DNA from: Raillietiella orientalis
Taxonomy: Eukaryota
Direction of reading: 5' to 3'
Length of the DNA stretch: 64,000 bases
NCBI GenBank assembly: GCA_036172245.1
Contig: JAYWIR010000027.1
Coordinates: forward strand, 1,984,001-2,048,000
Shown here: piece by piece, positions 46,267 through 58,678 of the stretch
Position numbering within the stretch: position 1 is the stretch's first letter
Layout of the letters: each line of letters opens with the position of its first letter
The notes under the pieces: model-generated
Told to the model about the DNA's origin: nothing
The model's database searches: none
What the model saw: the letters and a program-made list of their open reading frames with translations, nothing else
Program-made: the position numbers and the translations under genes

Positions 46267-49200
46267 ATGCGGATTGCCAAGAGGTTCCTTCGCGTTGTGT
46301 TGCACGGCAAGCACGAGCTGCGGATTCGCTGGAGGAGAGCAGTCGAAACCTGAAGCTGCCAGGAAGGCCGAGTGCGAAGCGGAAGCGCGTCACTGCTTCC
46401 TGCAGCCCCATCTCCGCGCGATCGCCGAGTCATGGGACCCGACGGAAGAGGATGCAGCTCCCTTATCTCTCCCCGGGAACGCATTCGTCAGGGGGCAGTA
46501 ACGCCCTAATGGAGCCGATGGAAGCCATGAGGGCCAGCCACTGTCCCGGTACCAGTGGCGAAGAAACACGTACACACAGGAGAACGCTGCGTAGGACTCC
46601 TGCGGCATCTCCACCCACGAGATTCCAGCCAGACGGGCAGACCGGCGGAAGCGACCCGCACATCATAACAGCAGAATAGCCGTATGAAAGTTAAGGACTC
46701 CGATCGGAAGCGCGGCGCTTGGGTGGAGCAGAGGTCTTTCCCCTGCACGATCATTCGGCATTACAGGCCTTCATAGCAGCGGGACGAAGAAAATCGGAGC
46801 GAGCAAATTCCTTCTCATTGACATCAGAAAAGGTTCTCGTATTGCTGCGCAGACGCCCTTCTATTCGCGGCGCGCCGGTTACCTGCCGAAATCAAACGAG
46901 AAGGTCGAAGGAAGATCTGGATACATAGAAGCGATGCTGCAAAACCATGAGCAATTTCCGTGGTCCTCCCCCACCGTCAAACCAGGGGACAGTCCGATTT
47001 CTGCGTAGTAAAACAAGAACATCCTTTCGGGATCCATACATGAAATCGCTGAGTAAAATTTCTGGTTGACTAGAAGAACATCCTCAATCTGAAAGTGCAA
47101 GAGAAGTGCCGTGCCTCTCTCCGGATTTGCGTCCTCCTCTGCCGACCCTCCTCACGCCGTGGAGAGACGCGAATCCCCCAAACCACTGGGTGGCAGAACG
47201 AGCGAGCGCGGCCCACGGCCCAACACCGGACACGTTGCGGAATACGCCCGCGGTCTGCAGGTGGTGCGCGTGCAATTCCGCGGTACCTCGCCGCCATTCG
47301 CTGAACCGTCTGCGGATGCATCGCGCTGCTCATGCGGATAGACACGGACCACTCCACGTAGGCGAACCACCGCAAACGACGATGGACATTCCTTTCGGAT
47401 TCTGCTGCTGCTTTCCCTGCTTTCCTTCCGGCTTTTGTTCTTCCTTTTGGTGGGCGCCAAGCGCTGAAGAACCTCTCGCCTTCTTGCGGGGGGCGCACGG
47501 AGCTCCTCCAACATGGACCACGTCACCAGAAGGTGCGCGTAACTCCACTTGTCAGGCGGAGGCCCCAAAAAGACCACCCGACGAATCGAGGAAGGTTGCG
47601 GACCAAAGAGTCCTTCCCTCTTACGCTGGGAAAAGAACTCTAATGGGACCTCACCCCTCATTTCTAAGAAGGGAACCCTCCCAGGAAGGGCAAGGTCTTC
47701 GTTTCCTCCTTCGGAGAAACCACCTCGATGACACGAGTCCAGTTTTCTCAAAAGCTGCTCCCCGAACGAAGAGTGCCACGCGCTTCTTACACTCTGGAGA
47801 GACAGCCCCTGGGAAAGGGGTATCCATCCTGCTCAATGGTACGCAATAGAGGGTCATCCGCAGAGGGAAGGGACCGCTCCATTTTAAAAACCGGTAAGAA
47901 ACCATGAAGAGAATCGACTCCTGCGTTCCTGAAAGGACTCGGGAAGGTCATCAACCTCCAATCCTGGTCTTTGGAGGGGGACAACCGACTTCCGCCTGTG
48001 CCGCGCCCTCTGACAATAAAGTCCGAGGGGCGGCGCTCTGACGGAGGAGTTCGAAACCCACGAAGCACCCCGACTTCCCTACTTCCATCATTCAATTAAG
48101 GAGGAAGGGGGATTCGCACCCCCGACGCTCGGTGCCACGAGCTGAGATCGCCCACTCACGGCAGACGCCAGCGCAGGCGTCGGAAGTGAGTCGACCGTCG
48201 TTGCCGCGTCGAAGACGAAATTCTCGGGACGAGGCGAAAGCACGGGGCGCCACCGTGCGAGAATTTCGAGTGGCGCCGCGTCGTGCGACTCCGTTGTACG
48301 GGCTGCCCATGCAAGGACACTTACAAGAAGGTCGTCTTCCACCAGTCGGACCCAGAACTGTCTGCCTGACACCTTGAGGATTTTCTGATCCTCGAAATAC
48401 TGCAACGACTCCGAGTTCTCGGGCACAAATTCATACGGGCCTTGAGAAGACAGCACACAAGATACACAGCACATGAGGGATAAATGAAACTCACTTCCAG
48501 GATAATTGCTTTCCATAACTATATAGCTGTGATCGCCTTTAAGCGCGAACTGCGCACGCCGATCTGCAATTCCCACATGCAGATCCAGCATGATTATCTG
48601 GAACACACGATGTTTCTGAAAATTTGTCTTCCGCGAAAGAGAAATTCGGGATTCGGGAAGGAAACGAGGGCGCGACCACGGGATAAAATTCGAAGCATCC
48701 GAAGACAGAGTTGCAAAACCGGCAGCTCATCTCCGCTTCACCGCAAGTCGGCTGCAGCCAATTTCCTCAGGAATTCGGCAACCGGCGCTGCTCAGCGGTC
48801 AGCGCTGAAGTCCCCAGCAAGCCCCACTTGGCAGGTGACTTCAGCGGGCGCGCACTTCGTGTCCGTGCGCTGGACCGGCCGCGAGTCGCACTTCGACATG
48901 AGCGTGCGTGCCCCCGTCTGCGGGCGTCCTCGCGACTCGACGGCCTTCCTCTTGCAGCGTCCGGCCAGACGGACGGATCGGACGGATGCGCAGAGCGCGC
49001 CGCGGTCTCGCAGAAGACGGCGCCAACCGTGTCCGCCTCCGCCCGTATCCGACACGGCCGGCACTGCGGCGTTTCCCGCGCGACCAACACGCACGGCGTT
49101 GCCGGTGCCCCTTCTTCCGGTGCCCTTTTGCCCGCACCTACAAGCAGAGCCACCCGCTGCGCATGGCAGCGGTCGCGGAGGACGGACGGTTTCTGCCCAG

Positions 49201-50783
49201 CAGCTCAAGACTCGCACCTCTTCCCGATGAGGAAGAACGCCCAACGCTCGCAACTGCTGCACGAGCTGAGGCGCCTGTTGGATTCGGCACCCACGCGTCA
49301 CATACAAGTCAAGTGCGGAAAAGGGAACGCGACGGTGCCACCGGGAGCCTGCCTCGAATCGCCTGTCGCCCCTGCCCCGCTGAAGAGACGGATAAACAGG
49401 TGGAGAGCTCGCCGGCGGGAATCGCAACTTTCCGACGGGAAGACAGCGGTCCCATTTGGCACCAGGCGCGAAGGAGAGCTCGAATCAGAAGTGACTCACA
49501 TTGTTTTTTTTCCAAATAGGGATCTTGATTTGGTGTCCTTTGTCATCTACGGTCATGCCTGCTCTTGTTGTGGTAGTCCGTCCTTTCGTCCCGGTGCTGA
49601 CAGTCGATTGGGTGTTCTCCGTCTGCTTGGTTACTACCACCTTTGGCGTAGCAGTAATGGTTCGTATTTTCCAGATGCTGAATGGACGTTAAGCCATGCT
49701 GTAGATTCCCACGTATCGTCAACCTCGCGAGCGCTCGACCTTCGCTGCGCCGCCTTGACCACCGCACGAGCAGGAAGGGAGGCGGTCCCCTACCCTTGCG
49801 TCGGTTGGAGGCGAGGAGCAGCTCGTCCCGTTCGGCGCGCGCGACGGGTGGCACGCGCTTCGACTTTTCACCAGGAGGCCGGGCATGGGTGAACCGAGAG
49901 GTGCTCGCAGCGGACGGCGGGGTGTCGCTTAGCAAAAGGACGCGGACCTTCCGCCACGCAATGGCCATGCCCGCAAAGCGTAAGACGGAGGGATCGCTGC
50001 GAAAACCGCACGCAGCAAGCGGACTCGGAACTTGGGTTGGCAAAACACGGTCGCGCGCATGGCCGTGAGCGGTGGCGGCAGGACCTTTCGCCGCAAAGTG
50101 CTCCCGCGCGCGAAAGCAACGACGCGCTGTCCCATCGCTCTTCGGCGCGGCCGGGAAGGTCACGTGTTTTGTCGGAAGGGAGGGAAGCGGAAGGCTTGCC
50201 TGCGTTCCCGAGAGGCCTTGCCCCGCGAGGGGGACGAACCAGAGCGACGAACCTGAAGGAAGGCGCGAGCGGCCATTGCCGGTGGACGCCTTCGGTTGCG
50301 TTCGCAGCGCGGAACGGCCGTTGACCGTACGCCCTTTCGCACGTCACCCCTTGCGAAGAACGGGACCTGCCTGCAGACTGCAGCCGGAGGGATGGGCTGT
50401 CCGCCGTTGCGCGCAAGGGTGGGAAAGCCGGAAGGACGCCGCGCAGAAGCTCGACGTCGACCTCGTCGTCGCGTCGCGGCCTTGGCGCGAGGGAAACGTT
50501 GCTGTCGGCCTGACCGCGGGAAGGCCGCAAGGCGGCCGCCTTCTCGTGCCGGGAAGCCGTTGGAGACGGGAGATGCCATTCGTCCTCTTGCCGAGGCCCG
50601 TAGGGCGTTCCTGTCGGGAGGCCGCATTCGGGAGGCCACCCGGGTGGGTTCCCCTCAAGCGCAGCGCGCGAATACCCGCCGTCGAAGAAGTTGGAAGCTG
50701 CGCGGTGCGCTTGCGTACGTCTCGTCGTTCCCGAACAGCGTGCGGCTCTGCGTCAACAGAAGTGCCAGGATCAAAGCCTTCAT
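45050..50783 (-). CDS. Secreted pepsin-like pseudo-protease, copy 2, 406 aa
   Basis: Exons 50719-50783, 49500-49677, 48495-48597, 48325-48440, 46883-47088, 45636-45755, 45373-45574, 45235-45327, 45050-45187. Same as copy 1 except 16 residues, all in exon 5. Splice sites and frame are intact. Confidence 0.88.
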
Positions 50784-52543
50784 TTTCCTCGCCTGCGGCT
50801 GCTCTCCGGTTGCTCGATCGTGGAGGGTCTTCTGGAATGCAGGGGAAGAGGTGCGGTCTGCAGGATGGTCTCAGATGCTCCAGGGAGACGCGCTCCCGGC
50901 CGTCGGTGGGCGCAGGTGCGTTGTCGGCGGCAGCGCTCGCAAGGCGTGTCGCTGGGGCGTCGCTACTGGCTGTGCGGGCGAGCGTGGAGGCGGCCGTGGC
51001 GCGGATTGTGCTCACGATCCCTGCGCTGCGTGGGAGAGTTGGCGCGCGCAAGGAGCGACTTCACGAGCGGGGCGGTCGCCGCTGCTTTCGGAACTGGAGA
51101 TTGGCGCGCGCGGGCATCGCTTGCGACCAATCGCCCGGACGCGGCTCGTGGCAAGCTGCCCCGAGGAAAGGTGGCGAGGTGGCGACGGGTCCGGGACCGG
51201 AAGGCGCGTGTCTTTGGCGTGCACGCAGTGGGATGAAGAAGGTGGCGAAGGAGGGCCGTCTGCCTGCTTCCTCTTCCCTTTGCAGCCGGTGCGAAGCGCG
51301 TCCGATGGAGAAATGCGGGTGCAGCTTCCGGAAGGACGTCCGCGGGCGCGGGTGGTGCCGCCTCGCGTGCGTTTTCCGGACCGTGTGCAGTTTCCGAGGC
51401 GCGTGTTGCGGCGGCTCGGCGGCCGCCGAGAGGCGAGCCGAGCGCGGCGGTGGCGCGACGGCGAGCGGCTGGTGCCCGTTGCGCCGTGTCGCGGTGCCCC
51501 CCGCGGCGGAACGTCCCGGCTCGACCGCGTCGTCCGTGTGGCCGACGCAGGGAAGCGGCGGCCCTGACGACGGCTCCGTCCGCGGCAGCCGCTGTCGATC
51601 CGGGGCGGAGGCTCTCGGTCGTTGAGCCTCCGAGGCGGCAACCGCCGGCACTGCAGCCGCACCGTGCGCGTTCGCTAGCAGGCGCGTCGCTGGTTGCCCC
51701 GAGGAACGCGACGAAGGGAAGGGGCGCGGCAAAGACGTACCTGGTCTGCGCCCGTGCCCCAGGAGGCGATTGCGGCAGCGGTTGGAACGAGGAGCTGGGA
51801 ACCCTGCGAGGTGGCACTCTCGTTTGCTCGCCGGTTGCCGAACGCGGGCAAGAAATGCAAGAGCATTTCTTGCGCACACTTGGCGGAAAGTTTCGTTGCC
51901 GGGGAGACGGTGCGAATGCCGATGGGTGGGTGCGTGTGCTCGCTCCCGGGCCGTCAAGGTTTTTGTTCCACCGACGTCAACAGAGCACGGGGAGAGCAGG
52001 TTGCGACAGACCGTCTTCGCCAAGTGTCTCTCTCGCGCGTCGGGAGTCGCCCTTCGCGTTCGCTTCCGTGTAGGGTCTTGCCCAGGGGGGGCGGGAAGCG
52101 CCCTGTTGTGCGTTCGCGTGAGAGGATTGCGCTTCCCTGCGCGTCGTCAACAAGAGGGGACGGGAGCGTGCGTTTCGTAATTTGGAACTCGCTGGAACGG
52201 GGGGGGATTGTGTGCGCTCGTCGACGTGTCGTGGCAACCTTGGGGAGGACCCGGGATTCGTCTCTCGGAGCGCTCCAGCATCGTAGAGGAACGAGGAAGA
52301 GAGATGGTCGGTATTTCGTCACGAGAAGGTGTTTGTGAGCGGAGACGGCGCTTCCGCGTGTTGTGTTGTGTTCTTACGTGCGCCTTCGTGGGCGAAGGGC
52401 CTACCGCCGTTTTTTCGCGAAGAGGCGGAGTTCGCGCCCGCGCGGGCGCAGCCTTTTCCGCTCGCTGCAGAACTTTCGTTCGGTCCGTTCGGTCCGTTTG
52501 CCATCTCCTCGACGGGGGCGGCCGTTCGAGCGCTGCCTCGAGG
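46868..52543 (-). repeat. Outer inverted-repeat arm A'
   Basis: Reverse complement of 31240-36915. Confidence 0.98.
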
Positions 52544-53229
52544 GGAGCCTCATCGCTGATGTGCGGGTCGCGCTCGTTGCTCCGCTCGGTGTGCAACTGG
52601 GCTGTTATGTCGTGTCCCGCTGGCCTGCGGGAATCCTTGGCACTGGGAGCAACGCTGTTGTCTTCGACCTGTGCTGTGGCTGTAAGGAGGATTCGCGCGT
52701 CTGCAGTTGTTGGGGATGTCACTGGTCCGTCGGCTTTGCAATGGAATTCGAATCGATGATGAGGCAGCGGTTGTCCAGTCTTTTCTTCGATTTTGTTGTC
52801 CGGCTGTTCCTGATGACATGTCTTCGTGCTGAACTCCACCTACGTCCGTTTGGGCACTTCGTGATCTGGAGTTCTCGCGCGCCAAAGGGTTTCGAAGTCT
52901 GTAAGCTCCTATGTGTCGTTGTGGCTGCCGTTCTCTTCTGTCGCGTTGGGAATCGTCCACGCGGATGCGTTCTGTTTGCTCGGCGTGGTCAGCGACTTTT
53001 CTGGTCCATGTGGCACCTGTAGTCTCGTTTTCTCCGCTCACCCTGATAAGTCGGTTGCTCAATTCCGAAGGCAGGTGCGCAAACCACCGTGCCGACGGTG
53101 TTCGCTGCGGCGCTGGCGAGCTGAAAAGAAGAGCAGGATGTCTTCGGTGCTCGCTGTGCCTTCATAGATGGTTCTTGTGGAGGCTTCGCTTGGGATAGGA
53201 AGATGTCCGAGAATTTCAATCAAGAGGAT

Positions 53230-54513
53230 GAGCAGGGGAGATAGACAGAAGGGGCTTCCCGTTTATCTGTATTTCGGTGCATCCAGAAGACAGGCAGGTG
53301 CTCCCTACCGAGTGTTTTCGACGGATCCTCTTGCTCCCAGTGGGATCCTTCAGTTCACTAGAATGGCAGTGATTCTTTGGTCATTGCTTGGTTCGCTTCG
53401 CACGCCGTCCGCGATCCTGACCAACCACCTCTTATTGGGCGCAGACCGGGACGGTGGCGGCGAACACCAGTTTTCTTCTTGAGCAGCGTCACTCGAGTCT
53501 CGGCGGCTCTCTACGTCTTCTGCTGCTCGCCGCTGGTCGACCTATTCGCGCCAAGGTGTTCCCGACGATGGTTGTGCACGCTCAGGCGTCTTTTGCTTTT
53601 GCTTGTTCCCTCGGAGTGTCCTCTGCGTTCGCGCGTGTCGGTCATCTCCGCTGACGTTCCGCGACTTGCAGTCACGGAAGAACCCTCTTGCTCCGAGCGG
53701 AGGAACGGGACCCGCAGATAGCCATGCACGCCTTGGGGCAACCCGCTCCGGGGACCGCTGCTCTGACACGCGATGTTAGGGCTGCAGGGGACGCTTTCGC
53801 GACAGGAGCGAAGGGGACGATCCCGAAATTCAGACGAGGGTTGTCGTTCCCTCAGCTTTGGGGTGGTCACGCTCAGTTCCGGATGCTATACACTTCTTGG
53901 CTAAGCAGCGGCTATCCCGGCGCATCGGCAGATATTTTATCTTTCCGGTTTCTGGATCGAGGGACTCGCATCCATGTCATTGCTCTGCCCTTCCATCATA
54001 CCTCCCGGCTTCCGTGGCTGACGCGGCTCCACTTCGTTCGCCACTCGGGATCCCGCGCCCTGGAACCTCGTGTGGTAGTTTCGGGAGCATATGAGGAGCC
54101 GTGTCCTCTGCCGAGCTGGCAACGATGATCGTGAGCGTTGCCTTTCACGTCCTACAGGCGCAAGGTCATCCGCGCTGCCAATCCATCGCTGCGGACGGCC
54201 CCATCTGGAAACCTCGAAACAGGAACTTGCCGGCATCCTGCCTAGGATGTAGAGTACGCCCTCCGGCACCCAGTGATCCCTTCCCAAACCCCCCTAATTT
54301 TTTTCCGTATACATTTTTTTGTTTTACTTTGCTTCCTGGTTGTCCCCCCCCCCCTTCTTTCCTGCTGCCGAGGAGAACCTCACCGGCCTGCGTGACGGTT
54401 CTCGGCAGGTTGTTATGGTCACATTTGTAACGCGGCTGGACCAAGCGCCCTGCCGCTGAACTGCATGTTTATTTTTTGTATAAATAAACACCCCGGCGCA
54501 ACTTGGAGTAAAA
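53230..54513 (+). mobile_element. Decayed L1/Tx1-like LINE 3' portion
   Basis: 54170-54513 matches the 27881 copy (ggccccatctggaaacc...aggaacttgccggcatcc; ctgctgccgagg...ggcctgcgtg). Terminus aaataaacaccccggcgcaacttggagtaaaa. The 5' boundary is approximate. Confidence 0.6.
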
Positions 54514-55311
54514 CCAAAGCACGCCGAACGAACTGCCCCTTCAACGGCGAGGTGGTCGATGGGGAGTGGAACGCAGGAAGGCAGGGAATTCGCGGGCTGC
54601 GCGAGCACTTGAGAACTTCGGAGCCACTTGAAGGCATGCCCGAAAATCCATTGCTCCTGCAGCAATCCTTCCGGGACGAGTGCGAGCGACGTGCCATAAA
54701 GCGAAGATAGCGCGCTGCCTCGGAACCGCGACAGAGCGTGGAGACGGCGAACTGGGGAAGAGGGGAGGAGGAGTCCAAGGAGGGATGGGGAGGTGCCTCC
54801 GTGCGGGCGGCGGTGACGCCCGATTGAACACGCCGGGGGCCGGGCTGCACCCAGCGCAGCCCGAGGACACAACGTTCGTGCACACGACGCTCCACGGGAA
54901 ACGAGTCCGCCCGAAAACGGGAAAGGAAAGCGCGGCCCGACCATCCCTTCACGCTGGAAGAGATTCCTGGTGCCTTTGCGGCTTGATCCGGTCACTGCCG
55001 AGAATATTTTTAAAAAATAGATGAATAAATAGGTGAACTAACGATTTGGGAACTCGGTTTCCAGAAAACAACAAGAGGAGGAAGGTTTACGGTCACTAGG
55101 GCCGGGTTCCGAGGAAGTCAGGAGCAGAAGGGAGGGGAAGGGGATGCAATAATAAAAAAGTAGGAAAAAAAAAGGTATGGGCGGAACAGTGGTCTTTGGA
55201 GTAAGGCACTCTTTGCTTCCTAGAACCTGGAGCCAAGTACCTCAAGGACCGTCGCTCGCTTGGCGGCTCACGCAGCTCTTTGACACCGTTCCACGTCACC
55301 CAAGGGTGTCT

Positions 55312-55980
55312 TGACTCTTCGAGTTATAGAAGGTTTCCCCGAGAGGGGACCACCCCATGAATCCAGGAAGGGCTCCGGAGAAGGGAGTCCGTTCCTCTCA
55401 CGACTGGGGAGGGAACATCGAAGGGAATCTTCTTCCTTATTCTCTCCGGAGGGACATCCGGAAGGGTTCGCTCCATTTTTCCTTCGCCGAAGGAACCCAG
55501 AACGGATCCCCGAGTAGGAATTTCTTCTCCGGAAGGGAACCGCTCCCTGTTAGCTCCCCCCTCTGAGGAGACTCCCGAAGGGACGCTTCCGAAATTTCCC
55601 CGAAGGAAGCTGCTCGTTCTCTGCACGCTGGAGAGGCACCACACCAACTCCATGGTACGACACAGAGGATCCCCCCGAAGGGGAGGTCCTCTCCTGTGCA
55701 CAACCGGGGGGGAAGGAACTCCTAATCCTTGATACCTGGAAGGACCGCAGAGGGTCGACTCCCAATTCCGGCCACTCATCAGAAGTGTCCGTTTTAGCCG
55801 CCATCGGTGCCGCCACACCTGTACGGAGGACATCCAGCGTCATCTCGCGATGGAAACGCGAACCAGAGACGCACCCCCCGTTCTCGGCGTCGATTCTTCC
55901 TGGGTAGTATTCGAACTCGCGACGTTTGGTGGGGCCACGCTCGGAGACCGCAACCACGTGATCTTCGACGCGGGCCATAT
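55312..55980 (-). mobile_element. tRNA-derived SINE, near full-length copy
   Basis: Minus head cgtggttgcggtctccgagcgtggcccc...cgcgagttcgaatac. Body colinear with the 5543 copy. Confidence 0.8.
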
Positions 55981-56029
55981 GGAGAACCGGAGCTGAATGA
56001 TGGCGATCTCCCAGGAGACTTCTTGCAGG

Positions 56030-56300
56030 TTTTCCCCCAATTTTTCCGGGACATTTCTTATTAAAATAATAATGGAAGTACAATAATAAAAACAGAATGG
56101 TGTGGTAGAGTGCTTGGTTCTCCCACGTGCGCTGAACCTGCCAAGTACCGATGCACATACCGGCGAGGTCCGCTTCGGCAGCGGAAGGGAAGAGAAAACC
56201 GAAAACCAGAAGGAACAAACAAAAAAAGAGGAAAATCTTTCTCGGGCAGCGGGAAAAGGGAACCGAGGAAGGGAAACCCGCTGGAATGCTGTGCCCACCG
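56030..56300 (-). mobile_element. LINE 3' UTR fragment
   Basis: Minus strand: ccgctgccgaagcggacctcgccggt... and terminus aagaaatgtcccggaaaaattgggggaaaa. Confidence 0.6.
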
Positions 56301-56894
56301 CGAGCTGTGGCGGAGGCTGGCTTTGGCGGTCCCGCTCCAGGAGGGCACCTCGAAGGACCCGCTGCGGCGTTTATTCCTTCGCCACGGATCATTAAGTGGC
56401 GCGGTAGTCGCAACAATCTGTTGCATTCGCGCCATTGTTACGATCCGCTACGTAGCGAAGAGGGGTCCACCATCTGGCAGCCGCCTATGTACGTACAGCT
56501 GCAAGGAAAAGCAAAGGAGGAGATCGCCGGCATCCTTGATGTTGCCAGGAGATGGGCAGTTAGGAACGGCGGACCCCGGTGAACCTTGCCTCCTCTCACC
56601 CTTTATATATATATTTTTTTCGTTGCCCATCCCCGTTTGCTCAGCAACTTCACCGGTGTTTTTGCTTTTATCCCAGTTCCTCCCGGAGCGATCTCAAAGA
56701 TCCCTGTCCCATCCCATCGCATTTAATTTTCTTTTTTTGTCCCCCGATACCCTGCCCCGTTTCGAACTTCCGTTATGCCGACTTGTGTGCTGGTGGATCC
56801 TCCCCTTTGCTTGTTTTGTCGTCGGCTGGGAACTCTGCTCCCAACTGGTTTATTTTTTTTTATAAAGTACACGCCCCGGCGTGACCGGGTGAGA
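56300..56894 (+). mobile_element. LINE 3' fragment, second subfamily (same as 26334-26885)
   Basis: GAVVATICCIRAI here versus GAVVAMICCIRAI at 26483. Shared UTR (cgttatgccgac...ggaactctgctccc) and terminus cgccccggcgtgaccgggtgaga. Confidence 0.7.
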
Positions 56895-56899
56895 GATCT

Positions 56900-58678
56900 G
56901 TTGCTGCTCCCCGGCATCATCACTCGAAGGCTTCTTCGAGCTGTGAAGCTGCAGGACGGGCTTGGAGGTGAACAAAGCAAAATGGTCGGATGGTGGAAGT
57001 GGGCACGGCATGGGCAAGATGGTCGGATTGGATCCACTTGGAGATCCCCACGGGCGGGTACTGGAAGTACCTTAGCGTTACGTTGAGGGACTTCTGCTAG
57101 GCAGAAGCCTGGTCCAGAAAAGACCTCGAAAGTCGTCTCCAGAAAGGGAAGATGGCGCTTGTCCCGTTCCTGGACGGCAACTTGTACTTTCCGGAAGTGA
57201 CCACGGTCTGCAACGCGTATTCGCCGCTCCTCTCCTCCTCCCCCCGCTTTTTGTTCTTTCCCCCCCCGAGGCCAAAAAAAGGAGGAAAGAACTCTTGCGA
57301 ATCGCCTTGTGGGGCAGTGGGCGGTTCCGAGTTCAGCTGAAGGACTCGTTTGCTTCGCGACAGGACGGCGGCCTCGGCGTCCTGACTTTGGAGCGTATGG
57401 ACATCCAGCTGCTATGGCGAACGATGGCCATCGCAGCGAAGTATCGAAGCACCCTCTGGTGATTTCCTGTACGCCTCCTCGCCAGCCGTGTATTCCGTAC
57501 AGAAGGACTCGCCTCCTACCTTTGTGCTGCGGCCGGAAGGTGAGAAGGTGCCGCCTCCTCCTCGGACGCATGGCTATCTTGGACAAGAGGAAAGGCTGGA
57601 TGGCCTGCTGCCCCACCAACTGTAGCACCTGGATAGAGGAAACTGTTGACACGTGGGCGAGGATGAATGCACCCAGCTCAGAGGTGTGGAACAACAACCA
57701 CGCCCGCTGCTCGCTGCGGAAGATTCTGGGGTATCCCAGCATGAGCGCGTGGGCGTAGCGGAACCACTTCTCTGCAACGACGCTCTTCCTGAGGAGGACG
57801 TTTGACAGCAGCTAACAGCCGAGGCGAGAAAATCTCCCGCAAGATCACAGGTAGACAGAAGTTCACGAGTGGTTGGACCATGGGGTGGCTGTGGATGCCG
57901 CGAACCCGAGTGTTCTTCCACGAGGACTGCAACGCTGGGGCGAGCTGCTCGGCATTCCTAGCGAATACCTGGAGTGGCTTCCAGTGCTCACGAACGGCAG
58001 CACCCTCCCCCCCGAGGTGGAAAGTGTCGGCACTTCTGCTGTTGCACTGGGGTCTTTACTGCAGCTCCCATCGACATCATTGGACACTGGGGAAGGCGAG
58101 CCTGGACTGTCTCGGGAGCGGGAACGAGAGTCCCTCCCGCACCTGCCTGTGTCGCCCTCCGGCCCCTATGAGAACGTTTAGAGACGACCCTATGGACCTC
58201 GGTTGGTAATTCCAGGAACATTTTCAAGCTCCTCTTCGTGTGGGATGCCCTTCCGCCAGCCGCAGCCCTAGCAGCTCTTTGCTTCATCCGCGGGACCGTA
58301 GCGGCCTGCAGCGCCGCTGAAGCAGGAGCTAACGAAAGAGTGCCAGCGAGAGTGCACTTCGCTTTCTGTGGATGGCAGCCAGATGGCCCCATCCGGATGC
58401 AGTCAGGACGGACCTAGCATTGGCATCCTGGAAAGGACGCAGAGGACTCCCTCCAGCATACTGTGACCCCTTCCCGGCGCTCCATAGATAGTGTTTTTAG
58501 TTATTTTTCCTTTTGTTTTCCCCCTTCCTTCCGCTGCCGAGATGAACGCCGCCGGTCTGCGGACCGGCAAATCGGCAGGTCCAGGACGAACGGAGCGTGG
58601 TACGACCATACGTATCCTACCACAATTTGCGAGTTTCTTTTCGATTTTAAGAAACGCCCTGGTGTGTCCGGGTGGAAA
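56900..58678 (+). mobile_element. Decayed L1/Tx1-like LINE (post-RT region to 3' end)
   Basis: FASRQDGGLGV motif (about 57350-57382), C-terminal gccagatggccccatccgg...ggcatcctggaaaggacgcag, terminus aagaaacgccctggtgtgtccgggtggaaa. Frameshifted. Confidence 0.6.

Noticed and set aside
31240..52543. The inverted repeat as TIRs of a giant DNA transposon (Polinton or foldback) or a simple fold-back read artefact
   Set aside because: No transposase, integrase or polB inside and no target duplication at the outer edges. The arms contain a host-type spliced gene with frame-preserving internal divergence and a unique spacer, which a fold-back artefact would not create.
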